A DNA stretch of 63,245 nt, filler included, from Asterionella formosa (GCA_002256025.1; 10 parts of 10 records of this genome joined end to end with filler, not necessarily neighbours in it), one strand, 5' to 3'; positions 48,303 to 60,859 are shown, counted from the whole stretch's first letter. Numbers and translations: made by a program. The notes: generated by a model from the sequence alone, not told the origin.

Positions 48303-48644
48303 ATGCGTGCTTCTACCATCCTAGTGCTTCTGTTGTACTTAGCATCGGCTCAGTCATTTACAGTCAAACCCAAGGCATTCGTTCGATCCACTCGCCTATT
48401 TTCATCCGACGATCAAAAAGATCGCTTGACACATTTGGGATTTACGGAAGATGAATTGGAGCGCAGCAAACGGGGGGAACAAGTTCAAAAAGTTAGGGTT
48501 GATCTTGTCCCGAACGTAGATGCGGCCACCTTGACTGCGGTGGGTTTTGCTGCTATTGCTTTTAACTTTTTCGTTCTGGCAAACATGGGCGACGGGGGAA
48601 TTGGAGGATTCGTTGCCAGAATTATAAACACATGGGACAACTAG
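48303..48644 (+). CDS. Small plastid-targeted membrane protein of unknown function, 113 aa
   Basis: MRASTILVLLLYLASAQS-F bipartite presequence, RLFSS transit-like segment and a C-terminal hydrophobic helix. Confidence 0.75.
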   Translation: MRASTILVLLLYLASAQSFTVKPKAFVRSTRLFSSDDQKDRLTHLGFTEDELERSKRGEQVQKVRVDLVPNVDAATLTAVGFAAIAFNFFVLANMGDGGIGGFVARIINTWDN

Positions 48645-49145
48645 CTAGGAGGCTTGAAAATCGGAAAGTATCGGGTACCAGGTACCCGTCGAGAGGTACT
48701 ACTACCATGCTATTTGTGTCGTCGAAACAAAGACCGAACATCATTCCCCAAGACAAGTTGTGCGATGGGAAACATATGAAGATTGCTCCCTCCTTATTAC
48801 ATCGTTACATGTAACAAACTTATGCCATAATAATTCCTTCTAGAGGCATTGTGGGCCTCTCACATGCGAATAGGTGCATATTATAACAGATACATGGATA
48901 TTAAACTTGCACTATTTCTGAATCTATTTGAATGCCTTCGTATTGTTCACTTACTACGGGTAGGGTACCAACTACACTTTCCCATTCCCTTCAAACCCCA
49001 GAAAGTGAATCAAAGCTTTGTTGACCACAGTACTCCTATTCATGGCTTACTTGTTGAATCAATAATTTGCAAAGAATTTTATCAAGGAATTAAGGCGCTC
49101 CATGGATGTTATGGCAATGCCATTCCTAGCATTTGGACGATGGCA

Positions 49146-50600
49146 CTAAGGCCTAATCACTTCTTTTCCGCCCATATAGGATCGCAAAACCTCAGGAATC
49201 ATGATGCTTCCATCAGGCATTTGGTAATTTTCCAACACTGCAACCAAGGTTCGTCCCACAGCCAATCCACTTCCATTAATCGTATGACAAAACTGCAGCT
49301 TACCTTTCTTCGATTTCTTCTTGCCATCTCCTACTTCAGTATTAGCAGGCCGGTATCGTAGTCCCATACGACGAGCTTGGAAGTCACCAGTATTCGAACA
49401 TGACGAAATTTCTCTGAATTCTGCAGCACCAGGCAACCAAACTTCCAAATCATAACAATGACGTGCGCTAAAGCCGATATCTCCAGAGCACAACCGAACC
49501 TTCCGATATGGCAACTTCAAGGCCTGCAAACAAGCTTCGGCATCCTTGGTCAATGCTTCATGCTCGTCGTTGGACGTATCTGCCGACGTAATCTTGACTA
49601 ACTCCACTTTTCCAAATTGATGCGTTCGAATAAGACCCTTGGTATCTCGTCCATATGATCCTGCCTCGGCGCGAAAGCACGGTGTCCATGCCACATACTT
49701 CTTGGGTAGGTCAGATTCTTCCAACACTTGATCTCGGTGCATATTTGTCACTGGCACTTCGGCGGTTGGGATCAAGTACGCCTCCTCCCCATTACACGTG
49801 TGCGATTTGGGTGAAATGGCAAACAAGTCTTCTTCGAACTTTGGCAGCTGTGACGTGCCTTCTAGTGCCGATCTGCCGACTACAAGTGGTACTGAAACTT
49901 CAGTATAGCCAGCGTCCGCATGAAGGTCCATAAAGAAGCTTCCGATTGCGCGTTCCAACCTGGCAATATCTCCTGAAAGGGCAACGAAACGAGCACCCGA
50001 CATTTTGACGGCGGCTTCTGCTTGGTAGCCACCGACAGCTAAAGCAACGTCGTCGTGCCATCTGGGTTTAAAATCTGAAGTCCAACCAAGTTCCTTGGGC
50101 AAATCGTCAATATTCCCCCAATGAAACACTTGTACGTTATCCTTATCATCTCTTCCATCAGGAACGATATCATCCAAAAGATTCGGAATGCCTGAAAGTA
50201 GAGACTGACACGTTTCTTCAATTTCTTGCAGTGCTTGTTCTGCCGTATCAGCCAAATTTCCCGCTTGATTGGCCGCGTCCTTTGCCGCATCAACTTCCGC
50301 CGGGTCCTTGTTCTCTTTTAGTAATGACCCAACCAAAGCACTTAAATCCTTCCGCTTATTTAAATGTCCATCCTTTTCTCGAATGAGTGCAACCCTTTGT
50401 TCTTGAAGACTGGCAATTGTTCTTGCCGCCTCCAGCGTCTCTGCCGATGCTCGCCGGGCAGTCAAGTGGGAGAGCACTAGGTCGAGATTGGCACCAATCA
50501 CGCGTTGGTCCAGGGATAGGTCCTCCCGAGGCATACGGTCGATGGATGTTGTGGAGGCTTGTAGGCTGCGAGTCAAGGTCCCACGTGCTTTGGTGCACGA
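49146..50600 (-). CDS. serS: Seryl-tRNA synthetase (bacterial/organellar type), 5'-truncated
   Basis: N-terminal coiled coil, YLIPTAEVP, CFRAEAGSYGRDTKGLIRTHQF, EISSCSN.GDFQARR and HTINGSGLAVGR. Confidence 0.97.
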   Translation of the reverse strand, partial: SCTKARGTLTRSLQASTTSIDRMPREDLSLDQRVIGANLDLVLSHLTARRASAETLEAARTIASLQEQRVALIREKDGHLNKRKDLSALVGSLLKENKDPAEVDAAKDAANQAGNLADTAEQALQEIEETCQSLLSGIPNLLDDIVPDGRDDKDNVQVFHWGNIDDLPKELGWTSDFKPRWHDDVALAVGGYQAEAAVKMSGARFVALSGDIARLERAIGSFFMDLHADAGYTEVSVPLVVGRSALEGTSQLPKFEEDLFAISPKSHTCNGEEAYLIPTAEVPVTNMHRDQVLEESDLPKKYVAWTPCFRAEAGSYGRDTKGLIRTHQFGKVELVKITSADTSNDEHEALTKDAEACLQALKLPYRKVRLCSGDIGFSARHCYDLEVWLPGAAEFREISSCSNTGDFQARRMGLRYRPANTEVGDGKKKSKKGKLQFCHTINGSGLAVGRTLVAVLENYQMPDGSIMIPEVLRSYMGGKEVIRP

Positions 50601-50700
50601 NNNNNNNNNNNNNNNNNNNNNNNNNNNNNNNNNNNNNNNNNNNNTTAATTAATTAANNNNNNNNNNNNNNNNNNNNNNNNNNNNNNNNNNNNNNNNNNNN
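50601..50700. other. Artificial contig linker
   Basis: N44-TTAATTAATTAA-N44. Confidence 0.98.
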
Positions 50701-50984
50701 GGTTGCGGGTTTATTGCTATAGCAATTCTTATCAGTATCGGTACATAGTACCTGGTACGCTGATGCCAGGTACCGGGTACCAACTCCTACCACCATTGGG
50801 CATCCCCTTCATTCTACCACTTCAACCAGGTACCGGTACCAGGTACCGTATACGACCTCATTTGTGTCTGCACATCTGCATCTGCTCTCCTTCTCTGAAT
50901 GCATTTTCACGAATTCGAGCGAACGTAAGCCGACGAAGCACAACGAGCACGACTTGAGTGTCAATTGCTGCGTGGTCACTTATT

Positions 50985-53033
50985 ATGGAAAGCCATAAAG
51001 CAGCAATCTCACCAGCTGCAACAGGCTTCTCGACCGTCATGGATACATCGCCAACCCCCACTCAGAGCACTGTTAATGAACAGTTTGACGAAGACGGTAA
51101 CGTCTTGGCAGTCGGAAATCTTACATTTGTGGGAGGGATTCTTGGCTCTGGCTCCTATGCTACTGTCAGATTGGCGAAGCGGAAACTCAATAAGTTCAGA
51201 TCTGTCCCTTCCATACCAGTCGCGACGCCAGATGATTCCAAGCATGGAGGATCCACCGATTCGCTCAAAAGAAGGGATCGACACGGTGACACGGGGATGG
51301 CGAGAGAGAAACACTTTAGCCGATCCTCATCAGCGCCGGAGGGATCCAAATTTTTCACTGACAGAAAGCCGCCAGCCGCGTGCCTCTCATTTTCTCAGGC
51401 CGATTCAAACAATACCTTTGGATCGACTGGCCTAGTTGAAGCTGTTACGAAAACAGTAAAGCATATTCATTCGGCAACAAGCCGCATTGGCTCTTTTATT
51501 TTCGACACCGACGCGGATTCAGACTCGACAAACGACCAAAATACAGAGCTTGTAGCTGTCAAAATATATGAAAAGTCGTTGCTCAAGCAAATGCGAACCA
51601 TGGAACGAGACAAGAAAACGCGAAAGCTACATGTTCATACAGCGCTCGACAAAGTAGAGACTGAAATTGCTTTGATGAAGAAAATGTGCCATCCCAATTT
51701 GGTGCAACTGTATGAAGTCATTGATTCACCTGAATCAAACATGCTTTACATGGTCTTGGAGTATATGCCACTCGGAGAAATCATAAGTTACAACAATGAT
51801 GGTACATTTTCAAGGAAACCTGCTAGGGATGGTGAACAACCAATTGATGGCTTGGTGAGAGGGCATTTTGATGAAGAGCACTCTGCCCTTTTCTTCATCG
51901 ACATACTACATGGACTTGCCTACTTGCATCAGCATCATATTTGTCATCGTGATTTGAAGCCCGAGAATATTCTTATTGATTCTCGTGGCATTGTCAAAAT
52001 TTCCGACTTTGGCGTGTCGCACTTCTTCAGAGAAGAAGACGAGGCCCTCCGAGACGATAGTTTCACAAATTCAGAGACAAGTTCCCCACGTCATTTGGGA
52101 CGTCGGGACACGGAATCGGCCATTAACATGCCTACAATGGCGAATTCAGGCATGCTAACCAAGACAGAAGGCACGTGGTGCTTTTGGTCACCAGAAATGT
52201 GCGGCGCTTCATCAGCTGCGTTCAGCGGGTACGCAGCCGACATGTGGGCTGCCGGTATTTGTTTGTATATATTTGTAACAGGAAAATTGCCCTTTTACTC
52301 CGAAACCCCCACAGAACTCTTTGATGCAATTACTGGTGCTGAAGTCAATTATAAAGGACTTGGATTGAGCAATGCCCTTGTGGACTTGTTACGGAGCTGT
52401 CTGGAAAAGGATCCCCAGAAACGAGCTGGCGTTGGCAGTTGCCTCCAGCATCCATTTTTGAATGTTGCCCGTGAGAAGAGAACACGGCAACTGAGTGCTG
52501 AATTGGAAAAGTCACTCAAGCGCAAGCTATTTGTCAGCGACGAAGATATACGTCGTGCTTTTCGTATCGTTACGATTGTCAATCCTGTTGTCTTTCTTCG
52601 GACTGCTCAAACGAGACTCAAGGAAGGCTTTTCGGCTGCCCGTGAGCGTTTATCGATGGGGTCACGGACTTCATCGAAGGAGGACTTACACGGAATGCTC
52701 GTTGATTCAGGTTTGAAACCAACCTTGTCCACAAAGAACAGTGCGTTATCACAAGCAACAAGCAATATTTCAGATGACACCTCGGAAGATTTTAGAAAGG
52801 CTTTGTTTACGATTCCACAAGACCAGTCTATATCGGAGCAGAAACTCAGTGATGTAGCCGACAAGCTCGCGGATCTCAAGGAGTCTAATATGACTTCTAT
52901 CTATCACTCCTCAAGTAGTCCAGTTTCAAGTACCACCAAACCTGATGTCGCCATCGGAGGCAAGAGAAAGAAAGATAATCCGAGGAGGAGGTCATTGCGA
53001 TTTCGTCGTCCGATAAATTGTGTAATTTCGTAA
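50985..53033 (+). CDS. Ser/Thr protein kinase, CAMKK/GRIK-like, 682 aa, with a long insert between subdomains I and II
   Basis: [51 protein letters not shown] and DMWAAG. The first ATG is at 50985. Confidence 0.93.
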   Translation: MESHKAAISPAATGFSTVMDTSPTPTQSTVNEQFDEDGNVLAVGNLTFVGGILGSGSYATVRLAKRKLNKFRSVPSIPVATPDDSKHGGSTDSLKRRDRHGDTGMAREKHFSRSSSAPEGSKFFTDRKPPAACLSFSQADSNNTFGSTGLVEAVTKTVKHIHSATSRIGSFIFDTDADSDSTNDQNTELVAVKIYEKSLLKQMRTMERDKKTRKLHVHTALDKVETEIALMKKMCHPNLVQLYEVIDSPESNMLYMVLEYMPLGEIISYNNDGTFSRKPARDGEQPIDGLVRGHFDEEHSALFFIDILHGLAYLHQHHICHRDLKPENILIDSRGIVKISDFGVSHFFREEDEALRDDSFTNSETSSPRHLGRRDTESAINMPTMANSGMLTKTEGTWCFWSPEMCGASSAAFSGYAADMWAAGICLYIFVTGKLPFYSETPTELFDAITGAEVNYKGLGLSNALVDLLRSCLEKDPQKRAGVGSCLQHPFLNVAREKRTRQLSAELEKSLKRKLFVSDEDIRRAFRIVTIVNPVVFLRTAQTRLKEGFSAARERLSMGSRTSSKEDLHGMLVDSGLKPTLSTKNSALSQATSNISDDTSEDFRKALFTIPQDQSISEQKLSDVADKLADLKESNMTSIYHSSSSPVSSTTKPDVAIGGKRKKDNPRRRSLRFRRPINCVIS

Positions 53034-53517
53034 TTGTATTTTTATTTAAATGACGACTCGTTGATGCAGTTATCTTTTACAAATGTATCCAAGTGCAGAC
53101 CCATTGTGATTTGTTGTCTTCGGCTTTTTGTTGATTGTGAGCTTGATTTCAATGGCTTGTTTAGACGAACAGACTGAAACTAGAAAACTACAAGGTATTA
53201 TGGATCCGATCGTATCTCTCGATCTCAGTAATTGGCCTGCATTTTGACAGAAAATGGCTCAACTTCACAACAAATGTCAGCGGACAGCGAGGAACGAAGG
53301 ATGGAGACAAAATAATTTCTGGTTCCACAGCAAAATGGACCATCGGAACGAGCCGAGAGGTTCAATGGGATGATTGTTGTGATGATCATTTTCCACCAGG
53401 CGCTATTGAGACCCAGCCACAACTCGGTCTCCAAAATTAAGCTTCGTTTAGAGTAGATGTGGGAAAAAAATACGCCCTCTATTAGAATTGGTTACCATAT
53501 TTAGAACGACCGATATC

Positions 53518-55221
53518 TTATTTCCAACTTGGATCAAACTGGTCGAGAGAGCCTGGATCCAACAAACTGCCGGTACCCTTGGTATTCAAAGTGCTTATCT
53601 CCCAATTTTGCTGCTTTTGTCGGTATTGTTGCATCTCCTCGTCAGTGCACAAGCAAGCATCCAAAGATTCGCGAATATCCTTTTCGTCGATGCCAGTTCC
53701 AATAAAAACCAATTCTTGTCGTCGGTCTCCAAATTCCTCGCTAACAAAGTCTTCCGCAATGATACGATCGTATTCTTTTTGGTCAGTAAAGTACTTCTTC
53801 ATTTGCTCTCTAGTAAGGGTACCCCACCATTTGCCTGCTGTTGTAATTCCAAAGTGCTTGCCAGCATGTGACCAGTACATCGCGGTGTCGTGTCTCCAGA
53901 CATCACTCTTCGAGCCGCTCCACTTTTGAGGAGCCAACCAACAGAATCCCTTGCTTCTCAAAACGCCAACAAATGGAGAGCGCTCTCGTTTGCCTTTTAC
54001 AGTATACCCGGTATCAGCGGCTTCCAATAATAACTCAATATCAAGCTCATTTTTGATAGGAACAGGCCATTGATTGAGCAGGGACAAGAGACGTTTCGTG
54101 TCAAAAGGGCGTTCACGTTTGTACACAAAATTGGTAATACCAAGTTGGTCTACCGATGTCGAGTGAGAATGGGAGTGGCTATGAGATGTATCAGTACAAG
54201 ATGCATCGGCACAAGCTGCCTCTTCATGATTGTGAGCGTGGCTATGCGAGGTATCGGCACATGTTGTGTCTTCACACGAAACTGCTTCGTGATTGTGAGA
54301 GTGGCTATGTGATGTATCTGCACACTCTGGTTCTGTACAAGCAGCAACGGCGTGATCGTGGGAATGACTGTGCGAGGTATCAGCACAGTCTGGTTTGGCG
54401 CAGTCTTCCTGTGTGGCTTGTACTATTTCAACGCCGGCAGCATCTCCCAAAATTTTCCAAGGAGAGATCTTTCCAAATTGAACTACTTGGATCATAGCAT
54501 TCTTGTTGAGGCCACGAGCCACAGAGGATGCAATCTTGACCTGTTCGCCGCCAGCCAAATCGAGCTTGTTTATCAAAATAATATCCGCAGCTTCGACTTG
54601 CTCGACCATCAACTCGGTGACCTTGCGGTTTCCAACGCAGTCGTCACCATTTTCTGTCCATCCCTTGCGTTGACCTGCAACATCATAGGTCATAAAATCA
54701 TTGCCAAAGGTACACGCATCCACAAGAGTGACGACCTTAGACACATCTGTAAGCCTTGTTGCTAGGTGTTTCTCAAGCTTCGCTCTTTCCCAGTTGGATT
54801 TTATGGCAACAGGATCCGCCACGCCACTAAGTTCCACCACCAAGGCATCCAAATTTCCTTTTTGGCTTACTAAAAGGCTATCAACTGACGTCAGGAGCTC
54901 GTCCGATAAGGAACAACAGACGCACCCATTCTGGAGCTCGATCACTCCATTGGTTCGTTGACTAATTAATTTTGCATCGATGTTGACAGAAGCCATGTCG
55001 TTGACAATGACACCAATCCTTACACCTTCAGTATTCTCCAGCAAGTACTGGAGAGTCGATGTCTTGCCAGAGCCCAAGAAGCCGCTGAGAAGGACCATCG
55101 GAATTTTCGGCTTTGCAAACAGGTTGGAATTGATACGCCTTGATGATTGCGTTATAAATGCGCTTACCGCTGGCAGCGTGAAGGCCAACATGGTCAACAA
55201 AGAACGGACGAATGATCTCAT
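53518..55221 (-). CDS. COG0523/CobW-family (ZNG1-like) G3E GTPase metallochaperone, plastid-targeted, 567 aa
   Basis: Signal peptide ends in VSA-F. Motifs GFLGSGKT, GCVCC, VELSG, NKLD, a His-rich linker, and C-terminal LRSKGFCW...GDRRQELVFIG. Confidence 0.95.
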   Translation of the reverse strand: MRSFVRSLLTMLAFTLPAVSAFITQSSRRINSNLFAKPKIPMVLLSGFLGSGKTSTLQYLLENTEGVRIGVIVNDMASVNIDAKLISQRTNGVIELQNGCVCCSLSDELLTSVDSLLVSQKGNLDALVVELSGVADPVAIKSNWERAKLEKHLATRLTDVSKVVTLVDACTFGNDFMTYDVAGQRKGWTENGDDCVGNRKVTELMVEQVEAADIILINKLDLAGGEQVKIASSVARGLNKNAMIQVVQFGKISPWKILGDAAGVEIVQATQEDCAKPDCADTSHSHSHDHAVAACTEPECADTSHSHSHNHEAVSCEDTTCADTSHSHAHNHEEAACADASCTDTSHSHSHSHSTSVDQLGITNFVYKRERPFDTKRLLSLLNQWPVPIKNELDIELLLEAADTGYTVKGKRERSPFVGVLRSKGFCWLAPQKWSGSKSDVWRHDTAMYWSHAGKHFGITTAGKWWGTLTREQMKKYFTDQKEYDRIIAEDFVSEEFGDRRQELVFIGTGIDEKDIRESLDACLCTDEEMQQYRQKQQNWEISTLNTKGTGSLLDPGSLDQFDPSWK

Positions 55222-55989
55222 TGAACGAATCGTAACGGAGGAGGGAGATATGTAAGGCAGCGGGCGATGTCAAAAGAATAATGATCTTGTGTCTAAAACC
55301 CCTGTATACTATGTACCAGATGGCACGAGGTACCAGGTACCTGCGCAAGTTGCGGTAATTTTGCTGACACTAAAGATTTGGCTATCTTTATCCCAGATTA
55401 AAATGTTAGTTTCAGCAAAATGTGGTCAAAGAAGTGTTTTATATATTATGAGGAAAACAAAGTTATAAATTTCTCATTTACCGTGAATTGCTTAGGTACT
55501 CGGAGTACCAGTTATAAATGGCTTTGAGCCACGTTATTATATCGTTTTCCGACTAATTCTAGAATTATGCTAAAATCGATCCCCTCTTCGCCCTTAGGCA
55601 CGACATAGGTGAGTTCATTACGCTACATGAGAATTAGGAAGATATTTTTTTACTTGAACCTATATATTTACTGAGATCTATCCATTTTAAAAGTGACAAA
55701 ACCGGTCGAAGTGACTCCAAGCCATTGATTCAAATTTTACCATACATGAAGTTATTTTTATAGGCAACAGTTGGAAAATATTATATCGCTTGCATTATTT
55801 GCAGTAGTTGCATCTTTCTTATACTGGTGGTGTTCCCATTTTATTTTTCGGTTCCATCAAAGACTACCCGAATTTTTTTCGCAGTAGTCATTGCATTGTT
55901 CTTAGACTGGTGGGCCACCCAGCAATCATATCTTGTCATGTAATAGGAGTGACCATGGGCGAATTGATGCCATTGCAGTTGCAACTGGT

Positions 55990-56335
55990 ACTGCAGCGTT
56001 GCCACACATCACAGTGTCATGGTATCTGGTAAGTAGAAGTTGCTTCATTGTTGGTAATGGAAGATCGCCTGCTTGATTGTACCACGTTGCCATTGTTTTC
56101 GTTGCTTTGCGCCTCTGTCCACGACTTTGTTGGCTGTTTGTTTAGCATTCTGATTGCATAAATCTTGTGTGCAAGCGCCGTGTGTGCACCTATTTTCTTA
56201 TTCCCTCGCTCGTTCTGCACTTCTTCTGCATGCATCTTCCCTTTCAGCTGGTCATTAAACACTTCAGGACCCAACAAGTACCTGTCTGCAGCGACATGAA
56301 GACCGGCTGTGTATCGTTTATTGCTTGCAATCGAC
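55990..56335 (-). mobile_element. C-terminal remnant of the DDE_1 transposase family seen at 17260-18955
   Basis: KRYTAGLHVAADRYLLGPEV and MVTWYNQAGDLPLP align with KRITAGLHFAAGNCRLGPEL and LVIWYKREGDAPVP. Confidence 0.75.
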
Positions 56336-56923
56336 CTTAGTGTTGAAAGTTAAGGTATTACGTTGTACTTTTTGGATTGCTTGCAATTGACCTTAGTGTT
56401 GTTTCTTTCTGTTAAGGTATTACGTTGTATTTTTTTTGGATGGTTGAGGCTGCTTTCTTGCTGTAGGTTTCATCGTTGTTAATGAGATAACTTGCTTCAT
56501 TTTGTGGTGTGTCAGAATCAATTTCTGCTGTGAATTACGGTCTCTGATACATAAATATGGCTCGATTTTTTGGCCTTCAAGAAATATTGCATTCATTTAC
56601 TAAGAGTGACTAATTGATTCATTTATTGCTATACTAGTAAATGGTCCATGGCGGTTAAACGCAACTAAATATATATTAGAAGTTAAGTTTTCTACACAAA
56701 TGTGTATTTGTATTTCCGGGAGATGCCGGCTCAATGGTATACTATTGTGTTAGCCACTTTTGGGCCGATCGCTACTTTCCGACACATTTATCTGATTATC
56801 TAAAACATAAGACCTAATCGACAACTAGATATGTTGTATCTGGCGCAACATCGGAAACAATTTTGTCGTACTAAAAATTGTCATAACTGGAAAATTAGAA
56901 AAAATCTAAGTATACACTGTAAA

Positions 56924-57023
56924 NNNNNNNNNNNNNNNNNNNNNNNNNNNNNNNNNNNNNNNNNNNNTTAATTAATTAANNNNNNNNNNNNNNNNNNNNN
57001 NNNNNNNNNNNNNNNNNNNNNNN
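56924..57023. other. Artificial contig linker
   Basis: N44-TTAATTAATTAA-N44. Confidence 0.98.
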
Positions 57024-57040
57024 GTCAGCTATACACTAAA

Positions 57041-58739
57041 ATGGAACGTTGCAGCAATACCAGGTCCACATCGACCCCCCAAACTGAAAACTCATGCTTC
57101 GAAGAAGCCGCGGTCGATAAGATTTTGCAGAGATCTTGCGTTGAAAGTGATCATCACAATGAGGATATTGCTCCGAAATTCGCACAAGGAGATGCCGAGA
57201 TCCTGTGTCATGCCCCAGAAGGCGCCATGGACGTCGAAGAATGGATCATTAAGCAACACCTTAACGCTGAAAGCCAGTCAATGGCCTCAGACTACTTGTC
57301 CACTACCTACAAAAGGGAAGATATGACCACGCCCATAAGACCTAGTCCTTCCCAACGAGGTGCCCTTCACGATGACTGTGACTCCGGACGTCACAACGAC
57401 GAAGGATATCCATGCTCAATAGGCAGCGAGGCACATGCCGAATTGCATGCTGTGACTGCAGATGTCGAGCTCGCGCCACCAGTTCCAGAAAATGGAAGCG
57501 AAGGCTTTATTGCAGCCTTCGCTGTTGACAATGGCGAAAACCTGATTGTCCTTGCTGGCAAACGCCTGAAAGATCCTCACAATCACAAACTATTGGTAGT
57601 GATATTCGTTGTTGTAGCTTCAAGTATTGGAGGAATCGCAGTTGGTGTGCTCCTTTTCAACCAAAACAACTCGACAACCCCTGCTACAGTTTCGCCGACA
57701 TTTCCAGTTTTATTTGAGCAAAACCTTTCGTCGGTTTTGTACTCTCCGCATGGCCCCTACAACTCAACTATCGGCGATACATATGCCAGCTTTGGAAAGT
57801 CGCTTACCATGATTGCTTTATTGTTTGACAACGGAAAAATATATTTTGATATTCTGAAACGGATTGACGCGAAATTTACTGTCATCTCGTTTGCTATTGA
57901 ACGTCTTTCTCAAGAAATGGACTTGTCATTTATTTCGTTGTATTCAGATGAACGTTGGAATGGTCACACGGTAAGTGGAAATTCAAGCCTATCAATTTTA
58001 GTGCGAAGGTTTCATCGTCGTCACCTTGAGACCTACGTCGTAACCCGTCATTTCATTTTTCAAAACACAGCTAGACGTCTTGCTGAATCGAATTATAGAA
58101 GGTCGTGCGTGGTCATACGCTGATATCACAGAAGGGCTCGTTCTACAATCCATGGCTGGATATCCAGTTGTTTTTCACAAATATCCCAACTTCACGGTCA
58201 ATGGAGGTGAAATTGCGGGGGCAAACATTTTTTACTCAAATGGTGTAGAACACGAATTAACTCATGTCCCTTCGGCGCTCGTTCCATGGATGTACAAGAC
58301 AAATTACCAGATGCTGCTGGAGGTGAACGAACAGAGAAATGGAGACTTGTCAGACTTCGTCGCTTTGGTGAATGTGTCAGACCTCAAGGAAACGCTGATG
58401 CTAGAAGACCATGACAAACCAATCACTGCCTTTGTCCCCACCAACGCGGCTCTGGCTGCTATCAACGTCTCTGCTTCAGCTTCATCCTCTGTTTCACATG
58501 CTTTGCTCTTAAATCACTTAATTGATGGGAATTTAGTATTAAACTCTTGGCAGAAAACCGGAATTGGAACCGTAGTCAGCGATAGTGAGCTAATGGTTAT
58601 CACAAAAGCCGGACATCCACTTACAGTTGAAATCGTCAAAGGGGTGATGACTCTCAATGGTACTGCCCACATTATCCAAGAGGACCTGTTTTCATTCTTT
58701 GGCGTTCTTCACGTCATCGATTTTCCTCTTGCGAACTGA
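57041..58739 (+). CDS. Single-pass membrane protein with fasciclin (FAS1) domains, about 532 aa; exons 57041-57970, 58071-58739
   Basis: TM segment LLVVIFVVVASSIGGIAVGVLLF. FAS1 motifs ITAFVPTNAAL, LLLNHLI and GVLHVID, plus a degenerate first repeat ending NGVEHEL. The 100-bp GTAAG...CAG intron joins the two ORFs in frame. Confidence 0.85.
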
Positions 58740-59062
58740 AGCCCCTGGAGGTGCGAAGCATTTATCTTACAATAAGCTTTGGTTCGTCATAATAAACAAT
58801 TGACAGGAACTATCAAGCTTTGTGTTTGTGCGTACCCGCAGTCCTATTATACTCTGTTATTTCACGGAATTGTATTTATAGAGTTACGACAGAACCTTTT
58901 GTATCGGTGGCAACACAGGCGGAGAAAAATAACCACACTTGGGGAATTAGGATGGTCCTTGTGAACTCACATTCATTATCCATTACACATAATTTTTACT
59001 GCAACTTCGTACAATAAAATCTACACACGTAAAACAAAACCGTGCGATTATAACCCAATCAT

Positions 59063-60786
59063 TTACAGCAAAAGAGTGGTTGGGTTTTCAATATGTGACT
59101 TGAAGGCACTCAACCATTGTGCTCCCACAGCCCCATCCACAACTCGATGATCACAACTCAACGTGGCAGTCATCATGACAGCCTCTTTGTAAAGCTGGTT
59201 TGTATCTTCCGTATTGGGCACAATTCTGTTCTCCATTGTACCTAAGGCCAATGCACATGCCTGCGGCTCTCTAATGATGGGAGCACAAGACTTGACCCCA
59301 TACATACCCAAGTTCATAACAGTAAATGTTCCCATGGCATGAAAGTTATCAGGCAATTCAACACCTCCATCCAACGCGTTGACAGCAGTGGTCAAATCCG
59401 CCGACAAGGCCTTGACACCGCGGCGTCCGATGTCCCGAATGACTGGTGTGTACAAGTCATCTCCATTTCCAACAACGACATTGATATCGACTGAATCATA
59501 TACACGAACAACACTGTCCATCCAACTTGCATTGGCCGAAGGGACAGCCTTCATGGCTGCTGCTGCCGCCTTGAGCACGAGTTCATATACTCCCAATTGC
59601 TGTCCTTCTTTGCCGATACTCTTATTCAAAGTAGATCGTAATTCTAACAATGCATCCATCGTTAAATCGACAGTCAAGTAGTAATGAGGGACATTCCGCT
59701 TTGATTGAGCCAAACGAGCTGCGGTTTCTTGTGCCGAAGCTGAAATGGGATAGTCGATAAACCCGATACCAGCAACTGGAGAAGCTGAAGCAATGACTGT
59801 CTGAGCAGGAGATGCAGCAGTTGCGATGGTAGCGGTAGAAGGAGCAGCCACAGCAGCCGGAGAATCAATAGCTTGTTCCGCGGGAATAAATTCTTGAACG
59901 TCGGCGGCCAGAATACGTCCACCTGGCCCTGTCCCGACAATGGCTGAAATGTCCTTGCCAAGTTGCATTGCGAGCTTGTGTGCCTTCGGAGATGCGATAA
60001 CACGACCCTCATAGGAAACGACTGGGGCAGGAGCAGTATTAGTAGGTGCTGCAGGAGTGGCAGCTGCGACTGGAACAGGAGTTGCAGCAATGGCAGTTGG
60101 CGCCGGCGCGGCAACAACAGCGCCTGGAGTCCAGTCAGCAAAAGCACCGACATTTGCAGCATCTTCTACTGAGATCATAATAGGAGTTCCACACAGAATC
60201 TCAGCAGCGCCAGCATCCATCAAAATCTTGGCAACCACTCCTTCGTCTTGTGCTTCAAAATCCATGGTTGCCTTGTCGGTTTCGATACTACAGATGACAT
60301 CACCAGCACCAAACGAATCTCCAACTTTCACGGCCCAACTCGCGATCGTTCCTGCTTCCATAGTCTAAACAAGTAAACAAGATGAAAAAGGTTAGCAATT
60401 GACAGGAGAATGGATCCTGAAACGGAAGATCCGATGAAGTGAACCTCGGCAGTACAAATCGAATGTCGACAGGATTTCTGCATTTAACTCCCCACGGCAC
60501 TCTCCAAGAATCAAGTTCGGCAAAAATTAACTTCGAAGAGTTCAGCTGTTAACAACGCCGACGCTGAACTAATCCATCATTTGACGAAGCATTCAAATCG
60601 TCGGAATGTGCTCGCAGTTCCGATTGAGATCCGATCACAACTCACTGGCGAGAGGGAAGGCATTCCGTGAACATCATGAGGAGGATAAGATGCTAAGAAT
60701 CGTCGTAGTGGAGACAAGCCTGACAACCTGCTTGTTCGGTCGACGAGTCGTCGTGACAAGCCAAGGGCAAACAGTCGAGTCGCCAT
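59063..60786 (-). CDS. Mitochondrial pyruvate dehydrogenase E2-family protein (dihydrolipoamide acetyltransferase-like), 480 aa; exons 60786-60646, 60364-59063
   Basis: Arg-rich presequence, MPSLSP|TMEAG, lipoyl ETDKA, PSBD ASPKA...GTGPGGRI, and DHRVVDG. A 281-bp GTGAG...TAG intron. Confidence 0.92.
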
Positions 60787-60859
60787 GGTGAAAGTAGGTG
60801 AATTGACGATGTGGGGTAAGTGGATCTGCTGGTATTCGTTTATCTGGATTTTAGTTCTG

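Noticed and set aside
56321..56441. About 57-bp local direct duplication
   Set aside because: It lies at the edge of a transposase remnant and looks like ordinary decay.
7519..60786. Apparent metabolic or metal gene cluster across the window
   Set aside because: The genes are on different contigs joined artificially. Only same-contig pairs are truly linked, and those show no shared pathway.
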